From: Paramecium tetraurelia
Taxonomy: Eukaryota
Direction: 5' to 3'
Length of the DNA stretch: 20,000 nt
Assembly (NCBI GenBank): GCA_000165425.1
Contig: CT868662.1
Span: forward strand, 246,897 to 266,896
Below are positions 1-9,494 of the stretch, piece after piece. A program made the position numbers and the translations under genes. The first letter of the stretch is position 1; every line of letters begins with the position of its first letter. The notes beneath the pieces were generated by a model. The model was not told the origin of the DNA. It searched no databases and was given only the letters and a program-made list of their open reading frames with translations.

Positions 1-692
1 AATCAAAATACCATTCTTTCGACCATTCAAAGCATACATTGATTTATCTTCACTTTACAATAGGTTTCTTCTTAGTTCATCTAAATTATCATCAATATTT
101 TCAGGAACTCTATCTGAATTTAATTGAGCAAAATTAATATCTATATGAAATCCTTTGTAAATCATCTTTATAATAGGATTTGAAGTGCTCTCTATTTTAT
201 TTATCTATTCCATTCCTTACTCATTGGATAACAAATAAAATAAACTTTAATACATTTCAATCATAAATACCCATTAAAAAATTGTTCCCTTCTATCTATA
301 AATTCTGGAGCTATGCATATTAAATCTATATCGGATTTGCTGTCTGCCACACCCAGTAACACTGATCCATAAGGCAACAATACAGCTGAACAATATTTTA
401 AATGATCCTCATTGATCCTTTTTTCTTTTGCACATTATTGAGACCACCTTTTAACTATCTGCCCCAAATAGGCTTAAATATCCTTGCTCTTTTATTGATT
501 CTCTTCAATCGCTTGTAGAGAATCTGTTTCAATGAAGCTAAGTAATTAGCCTTTATTGCATTGATGATGCATTAAATTTTGATCATAATCAATTCTGCCA
601 TGAGCCTTCTTCAATTCATTGTTAATATCTTGGCTGCTCATTCTTGGAGCCAACTCCTTGATGAAGTTTATAAGCTCATTACTAAAATCCAT
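1..692 (-). CDS. PAP: Canonical-family poly(A) polymerase, N-terminal part (runs off window start)
   Basis: Code-6 translation from ATG 692 gives LLPYGSVLLGVADSKSDIDLICIAPEFIDRREQFF (nucleotidyltransferase GS...DxD), then after a 26-nt intron (245-270) NPIIKMIYKGFHIDINFAQL (third catalytic Asp) and ALNGRK. This matches PAP GSYRLGV...ADIDALCVAP / VPVIK...IDILFA / SLNG. Confidence 0.9.
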
Positions 693-879
693 TTTTATAA
701 CTATTTTATTATTTAAACAATATATAAAAATAATCATTTTGCAATAACAGTGATCCTAATAAACAATCACATTTTATCTTATTAAACCACTACCATTTCT
801 TATTCATATTAAAAATTATTTTAGGTAACTACCTCTTTTATATACATATATATTAATAATATAATAATAATATTTTAAG

Positions 880-1237
880 ATGAGCTTCTAAGTAGTTAAT
901 GCATATTATTTGATAGACAACTGATTCCAAGAAGGAAGAATTTAGAAAATACTTAGAAAAGGCTGGCGTTATTGATCAGTTAACAAGGGTTCTAGTAGGA
1001 TTGTATGAAGAACCAGAAAAACCTAACAATGCTATTGAGTAAGTTTAAAATCGATTGTAGCTATGTGAAAAAGTACTTGGGATCGCCTGTTGATATTGAT
1101 GTTGACAAACTCAAATTAGAATATGAGAAACTTAAGGATGAGAATATTAGATTGAAGAGGGAAGTTGCTGATTTAAAAAAAGAAGTAATGTATCATCCTT
1201 ATAGAAGCTATAAGCAGCCCAATAAGAACAGAATTGA
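880..1237 (+). CDS. MYCBP: c-Myc-binding protein (MYCBP/AMY-1) homologue, ~96 aa
   Basis: MSFQ|TTDSKKEEFRKYLEKAGVIDQLTRVLVGLYEEPEKPNNAI|DYVKKYLG...coiled coil. Introns 892-916, 1039-1060, 1185-1204 (or 1207). TGA 1235-1237. Confidence 0.92.
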
Positions 1238-1284
1238 TATTACATAAATCAATAAATTTACATTACTAAATAAATATATAATAT

Positions 1285-3343
1285 TCAAATGGAAAGAATA
1301 ATTAATTTTTTAGAATCTATAATTATTGATATTAGTCCTTTCTTGCTTACTTACAGATCTTTGATTGAGTGGCATTCAAATTTATTTAGAGTTTCCAAAT
1401 CTTCTGATGAAATGTATGCTGTTAATTACTATTAAATTTAATTGTCTTAATGGTTTGTACTCAAAATGATAAGTTTTCCATCAAAGTATTATAGTTCCTT
1501 GATATATTTATTGTTGAATTGAATCTAATGTATTTGTTAAAAACTCTTTTATTAATATGTATATTAAACAATTGAATTGTTTATTAAAACAGATACCATG
1601 TATGAATTTTCGGATTGCTCAGAAAATCTGATTATTGAACTTGACAGATCAATGTTGATTTTGTTTATAAGTTGAGGCTTCAAGTTGATGGATATCTTAT
1701 CTAAATAATTTTACAATTAGCGAACTAATGAGTTGACAGTTACAAAAGGATCCTCTTATTCTATTTTATTTTGTTTTTATTAAATGTTGTCTATATAACT
1801 ATCTCTAAAGACATTCTTTAAAATCTTTGTAACATTTTCTGTTTATTTGAACTCCACGTTTTTCTACACAACTACTTTAGTAAAAAATGTTTTTGGTGCT
1901 ATTTAAATTAAATTAGTTGGATACTTATTTTTTCTTAATAGAAGCATTACAGATTTCTTAACTAAAATAAATGGTTATCCTTTAAGAAATCAAATAATTT
2001 TGACAGATCTACTTCTATTTTATTGAGAGGAGAGTTAACATTCTCGCATTCCACTTCTTACTCATTTCCAGCCTTAATTGCGCATAAATTTAGCCAAACA
2101 AAGAAGTTTCTCAAGTGTAACTTAGTCTAATGACATTCAATTTAAAATCTGCTAAACACTTTTTAAATCTTTTAAATTGTTTCCTATAATTCTTCAAAAG
2201 GAGTTTTATGCAATCCTTAATAAAAGGGCCTAATTCAAACATAAATACTTACATGTTCTTTGATTAAATAAAGAAGTTGATGATAATTAAAATTCTAGAT
2301 AACACATTCATCAATGAGTCCTATATTATTTCTTAAATGTTATTGAAGCTGTTTGTGATATTCTAAAATAATAAGATTGTATAATTATATTACATCATCC
2401 ATTTTCTACAATATTTTTGTATTGTAGAGTTCCTTCTAAAAGAATTGAACAAGTTCTTGAGGGCAATTTCCCTTTTGATAAAATTGCAAAATGTGATAAT
2501 TGATTGTTTCTTGAGGTCCAAAAGCTACCAAAGGACCTATTATGTTCAATTGATAGCATTTGAAGATGTCTTGTAATTGGGTGTTGATTAAGAGAATTGA
2601 TGTTTTCAAAAAACAAAGTAATTCATTTAAGTAGCTCAATTATTAAATGTATTTCTAGATAAAATGTATGCTTTACTAAAATTTATTGATGTTTCAATAA
2701 GCCAATATCGTAAATTTCAACAAACTATTTTGAAAAACAATGCAACTCATTTTCTAATTGGAATAATTATGTTGTGCTTGAATGTTCGATTTCTCCTAAA
2801 TGTAGAATCCCATTAAAATTATAGGCAATTTACTTATTAGTTAATGAGAATATGATATTGTTTATCTATTGTTATTTTAGAAAGCAAAGATTTTGCCAAT
2901 TTTTCCTAATAATTAAGTATGAAAATTACAAGTTTGTGGTCGATAATGGAATTATGGCTGCTTATAATTCCTGCTCTTTAATTATTTTTGCATTCACTTA
3001 CACAAGAAGCATCTAGGTGATTTTATCTGAATTCTTGATTAGAGTGGATTGAATGATTTTTTAATGAGAAGCCAAGTGATAGAAGTATAATTTATTTCCA
3101 ACATTGTAAGCCAGAAACATACCTAATTATATGACACTTAATACTTTCCACTATTATATTGCTAATGGCATCGTCCTCCTGGATTATGAACATCCTTTAC
3201 AATTATTCACTCACTCTGCATATTTCCAATTGGTTATTAACATAGAGGATTGCACAAACATCCATTGTCTTACTCCAACTAACTGATTGGATTTCTTGAG
3301 CCATAACTCTATCCAACATTGGGGAATATGATTAAGTTTCCAT
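1285..3343 (-). CDS. APC4: Anaphase-promoting complex subunit 4, ~636 aa
   Basis: N-terminal IQSVSWSKTMDVCAILYVNNQLEICRVSEQLQRMF resembles the ANAPC4 WD40 start (W.P.MDLIA...RL..QR.W). Also FNGILHLGEI and RNFFVWLN. Six introns (3123-3144, 2906-2929, 2655-2676, 2363-2393, 2230-2252, 1899-1924) give a continuous 1911-nt frame ending in TGA 1285-1287. Confidence 0.8.
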
Positions 3344-3393
3344 TTTCAAATTTAAAATTATATAATTACAATATATATATTCAAATTTATTTA

Positions 3394-4960
3394 TCATTTA
3401 CAAACTTTACCATTGTTATATTAAACTACTTTCGATGGTGTCTGTTAATTTGGAGGATAGTATCTAAATTATCCATGTCTGATATCATTCTAAAATGTTC
3501 CAGTTTCCCTTAAATTATTATAAATGAATACAATGATTTATCATTATATATTATTTCAAAATTTCCTTCCTTTTTGTTATTTTAAAAAGACCCTTTAAAC
3601 TTTGAATTGTCCTTTTTAGCAGTGTACTCCCCTTTCCCATGAAATTTATCATCCTAGAAACACCCTGAATAGCTGAGGTGAATATATTTCAATACTTGTC
3701 TCCATTTTTTAGATTCATGTATCCCTCCCCATTCTTTTTGCCATTTTTGAAAGCTCCAATATAACTAATTATAATATATAATGTAATGTACAATTCTCCA
3801 TCTCTATTTTCCAGTTCCCCCTGTCCATGTCTCTTGTTATCCTTGAAACTCCCCTTATATCTACTTTCAACATATATATATGTACATTTCTCCGTTACTC
3901 GTCACTTAATAGCCTTCCTAATTTAGTTTATCATCAGTAAATTATCCTTTATATCTATATAACTGAATATATATACAGATCTCCAGAAGAAGTAATTTTA
4001 ATTCCCTGCCCATTCAATTTTTTATCTCTCATACACCCCATTAAGATGCTGCATTCTTATAATTCATTGAATTGGGTCTTTTAGCCCCATCTCAATTAGT
4101 TATCAACCCAAATGCCTTCATATATGATATCTCCCTTCTTCTAGATTTGGATTCCTAATTTTTCACATGTTTTTTAATATACCTTTTCCATGCTTTTGTG
4201 CCTTATCGTCAATTTCTCCATGATAAATTTCATTTTCATTTTTAAATTCTTTAATCGACCCATAATTTTAAATGTTTAACTCCTTTGGTATTTTTGTATA
4301 ATCTAATGGATTTTGCAAATAAAACTATTTGATTTTTTTTAAGCTGATATGTTGGTTGACGATATTTTAGGGATTATATTACTAAGGTTAATTGTTAATA
4401 GATTAGTTCAATTAGTCTAAACATTCGATGGATGCTTCCATTTTACTTTAGATTAGTTTGACCAGATAATCAAGTTATTAAGAGTCCAATGCCTTATCCT
4501 GTATTACCTAAAAGAATGTATGAAATTATTCATTTTTTATCTCATAATATCGATCTGATTGGATGAGTCTAATAATATTTTGAGTTTATTCTAGTTATTG
4601 ATAGAGAATGCTGCTTTCTGTAAATTACTTCTCAACTTTACTAATAGAATCTAATAAATCCTTGTGAAGGCAAAGAAATTATTAACTTAATAATTCAGCA
4701 TTTAGAGATGTAATTTCAATATCTGAATACCTATGACTTATTTGTTCTTTTAGCTATTCATAGGATAATATCATTCCTATGTGATCTTTATGTAAGGTAT
4801 CTTGACATTCAACACAAACTAATTTCTCTTTACATTCTGTTCTTGTGCAAACTCCAATTATTTGTTGTTAAATAAAGGAATCGTCGTCAAAAAGCTAGAA
4901 GTGGTTATTTTAACAAAATAATTTAGAAATTTTCATTTAAGGCTAATAGAAAGAATTCAT
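3394..4960 (-). CDS. MORN-repeat protein with N-terminal Cys/His (B-box-like) finger and helical linker, ~472 aa
   Basis: N-term CQNNH...CTRTEC...CVEC...HKDH. C-term repeats YHGEIDDKAQKHGKG, YEGIWVDN, YKGQFTDDKLNQEG, YKGSFKDNKRHGQG, YIGAFKNGKKNGEG, YSGCFQDDKFHGKG, FKGSFQNNKKEG. Introns 4155-4182, 3955-3976, 3861-3885, 3765-3791, 3673-3695, 3509-3531. Confidence 0.88.
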
Positions 4961-5017
4961 CACTTTGGAATTAAAGCCTATCTAATTTTATTTACTTATT
5001 TGTGGATTAAATAAATT

Positions 5018-5740
5018 ATGACAATACTCAAAAATGAAAAGAATTACTTTTTTTATTTATTTAATAAAATGATCACTATAGTGCTTCAATTCATATAAAT
5101 TGGGCTCTTTGCATTTGGTAAATTCCTATCGGCAGACAATAACACAAATACTTTTTTCGCATTAGTAGCTGCTTTTGCAATTGAAATTATTGTTGCTGCT
5201 CCAACAACTGATAAAACAAGATGGATTTGTTCAAAGTCAATGTAATCAATTTGTAAAAATGCATTGCTGTTTTCAATCATCCTCCAACACATCGAAGATG
5301 AACATTTATACTGGGTAGTGTTGTCTGGTGGAGTCTTAAAAATAACAAAGAATTTCACAACAGTGTTAGCAATAAAGAAAATAGATTAAATCTTAAAATA
5401 TAATACTTTTGTCGGAATTTATGCATAAATCTTTTCATTCTACAAGATCATCCAAGTGTGTTCATATGTAATAATTAAATCAGATTATTTAGTTGTTTTT
5501 AACAAGTTTATTTTTATAATTGGAATTGCATACTATCTTTTTAGGTGATCATTGGAAGATCAACTCATTAATAGTAGTCAACTTTAGCTTTATCCCATTT
5601 GCATTATTGATTGTATTTATTGTCATAATGATCCATAGATTTTTAATCTATTTGAGTCGATTGTGTATATTAAATGGAGTTTGAAAGGTGAATAATAAAA
5701 AGTATAATAAAAAGAATAAAAAAAGGAGAAAAAGAAGTGA
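5018..5740 (+). CDS. Multi-pass ER membrane protein, divergent PTPLA/HACD (3-hydroxyacyl-CoA dehydratase)-like, ~223 aa
   Basis: Exons 5018-5467, 5493-5612, 5639-5740 (25- and 26-nt GTA..TAG introns). Several hydrophobic segments and C-terminal KKEKKK* (dilysine ER-retrieval type). YFFYLFN, AIEII, IDQILKY and FLQLELHTIF loosely parallel HACD YL..YN, LEI, TEVIRY and GEL motifs. Gene model is solid, family call tentative. Confidence 0.55.
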
Positions 5741-5751
5741 TAATAATAATA

Positions 5752-6760
5752 TCAATCAATTGCTATATCATTAATTGACAAACTAGTAACAGCCTATTTG
5801 TGTCCCTTTAAAGTTCTAAGCACTGCAGCACTATCAGTTTACCATATTTTAGTAGTTAAGTCTGACGAAGCTGTTATAATATACTCCGAATCACATGAGA
5901 ATGCACAATCCCACACCCATTTCCCATGTCCTATAAACATTTTCTCAATATTGATTACCATAGAGAGTGGAGAACAATTCCCATCTGGGATATCTGTCAT
6001 TTCCTAAATTCTTCTCATTCAAAGTCCATAACTTTACTGTTTTATCAGCACTGCAAGTTGCCAAATACCTTAAATCTGCGGAAATAGAGGCTTTCAGTAT
6101 GTAATCTTAATGAGCTTCAAACCTATACAAAAAACTCTGTTCTGTAAGGTCCATGTTATTCATAACATAAGTGTGACATTGCCCTTATGAATCAGCAGCT
6201 ACAATCTGACTAGCATTATAAGCAATCGATATAGATCTAATGCCAACCTCAGGACAAGGAGATAGTCTCAATCTTACCTTGTTTTACTAAAAATCATATA
6301 TTTTGACATTTCCCATTTGATCCCCAACAATTAATTCAGTCTCATTTGGATGCAAGCATATTGTATTTAATGGTTCCTTCTCTTAGTATTCTCTTGATAA
6401 ATCTACATAAGCATTGATTCAAATACTATTAGATCTTAGATCATGTATTCTTATAAATCCATCTTCAGAACAGGTATAAAAGAAATTACTATCCTTCAAA
6501 AATCCTATTCCTGTAATATTGTTCTTATATCCATCATAAACATAAACAGGAGTATTCTTTTAAGAGTGTATATCGTAGTAAGAAGCAAAGAAATTTCCAC
6601 CTGCAGCCAAATACTTTTTGTCTTAAGATGTGTCAATTCTGTTAACAATAACTTTATCCCCATAATTGATTTCATGTTTTTGTTATCCTGTTGTAGCATC
6701 CCAAAATATAAAATTATGATCATATGACGAAGTTACTAAGATAACATCATTTTCAGACAT
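5752..6760 (-). CDS. LST8: TOR complex subunit LST8 (WD40), ~318 aa
   Basis: [112 protein letters not shown]. Introns 6403-6426 and 5931-5958. Confidence 0.95.
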
Positions 6761-6858
6761 TATATTATGTTATATATATATAATTATAAAATTAGATGAT
6801 AAAATTAATTATTGAAAATCAAACCAATTTGACTTGATTCAAATATTAATCCATATAA

Positions 6859-7521
6859 TCAATGATAATTTCTAAATTTTTCTATCCTACACATATCAAG
6901 AGGTTCTAATGTTTATTATTCTCTTGTGATAATAATTCTTATTTAATCACTTAATTCAGGAATATTTTTTTATTTATGAAAATGCTTATCATTAAAATAT
7001 TCACAAACCCCATCCTAATTTTAAAGTTTGTTCTTCAAAAGATTTAATTGAAACTTTGGATATTTGCTATCTCTACTCAATAATTGAAGCTTGAGTCTTT
7101 TTATATTTTTAATCTCTTTTTCTTATTCAGGACTATTGATTCTTGTAAATGGTGACGATTGTCTATCAGTTATCTGAATCCATCTAGTTTTTCTTTTTTA
7201 GTATTAAGATATCTATGGAACCTATTAAGTTTACTCAATGCTTGATGATATTTTAAAGGGTCTCCTAATCCCTCTAACTGTTAATTGAGATTCATTTAAA
7301 GAGATTTTTCGAGTTCTATCTAGTCCAATTTACGATAAATCTACACTCCCAATTTATTATATCATAGTGCTGCTTGGTCTTTCATGGAACTATTTAATTT
7401 TGCTACAACCTAATTTATTTGACAATGTGGACTTATATTGAGTGTGGTTTGAAGATTGCAATTTACTCTTTTAAATAAAAAAGGATTAAAAGATTGCTTG
7501 GGATGTTGGAGTTAAATTCAT
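6859..7521 (-). CDS. Hypothetical hydrophilic protein, 220 aa, intronless
   Basis: Open code-6 frame from ATG 7521 (MNLTPTSQAIFQSFFIQK...) to TGA 6859-6861, filling the gap between flanking genes. S/Q/K/R-rich, no recognised motif. Confidence 0.65.
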
Positions 7522-7548
7522 CAAATTTATAAATTTATATATAATAAA
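7522..7548. promoter_or_regulatory. Putative 27-bp bidirectional promoter/5'UTR spacer
   Basis: Only 27 nt (caaatttataaatttatatataataaa) separate two divergent ATGs. Contains the perfect palindrome aaatttataaattt (7523-7536). Confidence 0.4.
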
Positions 7549-8568
7549 ATGTCAAAGTGCGTGATATTATTTGATGATGATAAAGCACAATGTAAAACAC
7601 AATTGCACTCTAAAAAGATGATGACCTGCTTAAATCCTGATTGTCTGACTTATCCTCAGATTTGTTGTTCTGATTGTATTGAATAATTGCATCAACATAA
7701 AGGAAATACAATGACTCTTGAGAAAACCTAATTTGTAAATTAAACTAACAAGAAGTATGCAGAAATACAAGAGTAAGCTTATGCTTTAGAAGCAGAATGC
7801 TAGAATTTTGAGAAAAAGGGTTCCAATCTCAAAAGGTTATTTAACGGTGATATAGAAAGAATGAGAATTTAACTAAATAAAATAATTGATTCCTTAAAGG
7901 ATCAAATTAATAAGTAAATTGATATAAGTATTTCAACAACTAAAAAACAAGTAACTAATAAAGTTGAAAAGACTAAAGATGCTCTGCAATAATTTAAACC
8001 AATCAACATTAGTAAAATCTATAATGATTAATTAAAACGATTGATAACTGCTATGTGGCATACTGATTACTAATTGGAAAGAGATCAATTGAAAATCTTC
8101 TTTCCTAATTTATAAGACAAATTGAGGGGAAGACTATCTTAAATAAATGATAGTGTGTCATAAGAATTGGTTTAAATGAGTCAAGATTTAATTCAAGAGT
8201 CATAAGAATAAATATAAGCCTTTTTAGATTAAAAAACCCCAAATGATAATCTATCTACTTAAAGTGATGACTCAATTGTGGATAAATTAGTAAATTTAAG
8301 GGATAGTTTGAAATTGCAAATGGAATAACATCTAGCAGCCAAGAACTGTACTCACAAGGGATGCCATTAAGTAACTCCTGTTAAGGCTTATTATGGATAT
8401 TATTATCATATAAGTGGCTATGCTGTATAAGGTGAATTGCCTATTTCAGTTTGTGCCAAATCAAAGAAACTAGCCGAGAAAATGGATAGAGTAGTGAATG
8501 ATTTGTATAAATTGTAATATAGAGATTCTAAGATTGATGATTGTGTGTAAGCATATTTTATATATTGA
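7549..8568 (+). CDS. B-box-like Zn-finger plus coiled-coil protein, 339 aa, intronless
   Basis: Open 1020-nt frame. N-term CKTQLH...CLNPDC...ICCSDCIEQLHQH, long heptad-rich centre, C-term CTHKGCH...YYGYYYH...VC segment. Confidence 0.8.
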
Positions 8569-8948
8569 TAAAAAACTTTATATAATATTTATCGTTTATT
8601 AATTGGTAGAGTAGAACAGTAGATTTTGATTTTTAAAGTATAATTGCCATTTTATAGATTTCTTTGAGATATTTATATTATAAAGTTATTCAAAATTTTA
8701 ATGAAAGGTGTTATTTTAGACAAAAGTGATCTATTCACAAGGCAATATAGCTCATTTAATTTCGCAGTTTATGGATTTTGTATAGGGACTGTTAAAAGGA
8801 GGAAAAAATATGCTTCAAAGATGTGAATAGATAAAAACAAAAGGCGAAACAAACTAAGTGATTATGATTGGTAATAGTGAATGTCCATTTTTTAATAGCA
8901 ATAAATTATGTGAATTTCATAATAAATTATTTTATAATATCATTTTTC

Positions 8949-9426
8949 ATGGTTGAATTGTAATGAATTTACATATTCTATTATAGTGATGCAAAAAAGC
9001 AATTGGCAATTAGCAACATAGCTCTACTCATGATAGAGATCGTTCTCTTAACAGAATATTCTTATATGAATGAACATCCACATAGAAATGAAAGTTTGAC
9101 TTATGTGAGATTCGCAATTTCTGGATAGGTTTTTATGATGTTAGCATTTCTTGGATTGATTGCAACTTATCTTTTCACGCATAGATTCATGAAATTAGCG
9201 ATCCTTGGTAGTCTTTGGTTAGGTTTCGTATTAGTTTTTATCGGAATGATTGTGGGAGTAAAATACGTAATTCATTTATATATAAATTTAGTATGAAGAT
9301 GGCTATGACACAATTGCATCGACTTGGTGGATTGAGGTGGGATTGACTATCCTTGGCTTTTTGAATTTCCTCAAGGCCTTTAATAATGAACCACAACCCA
9401 ACGAAGGGTATCAGAGACAAGAATGA
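8949..9426 (+). CDS. Small four-transmembrane protein, ~141 aa (start could extend to ATG 8771)
   Basis: MVEF|DAKKQLAISNIALLMIEIVLLTEY...GQVFMMLAFLGLIATYLF...LAILGSLWLGFVLVFIGMIVGVKY|...WWIEVGLTILGFLNFL...EGYQRQE*. Introns 8960-8986 and 9267-9291. Confidence 0.8.
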
Positions 9427-9494
9427 GTGTATGTATATGTAATAAATTCTACATATTCTATTTGTTCTATATTTTTAATTATTTTTATTCTTAT

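Noticed and set aside
3509..3976. Periodic ~92-96 bp spacing suggesting a CRISPR-like or tandem DNA array
   Set aside because: No identical direct repeats. The periodicity is explained by 69-nt MORN exons plus introns.
5086..5358. 90-aa minus-strand ORF from the track
   Set aside because: It is the antisense shadow of the + strand membrane-protein gene, which has clean introns and a dilysine tail.
5798..6727. Track ORFs 5798-6007 (+), 6443-6727 (+), 6505-6723 (-)
   Set aside because: Antisense or off-frame to LST8.
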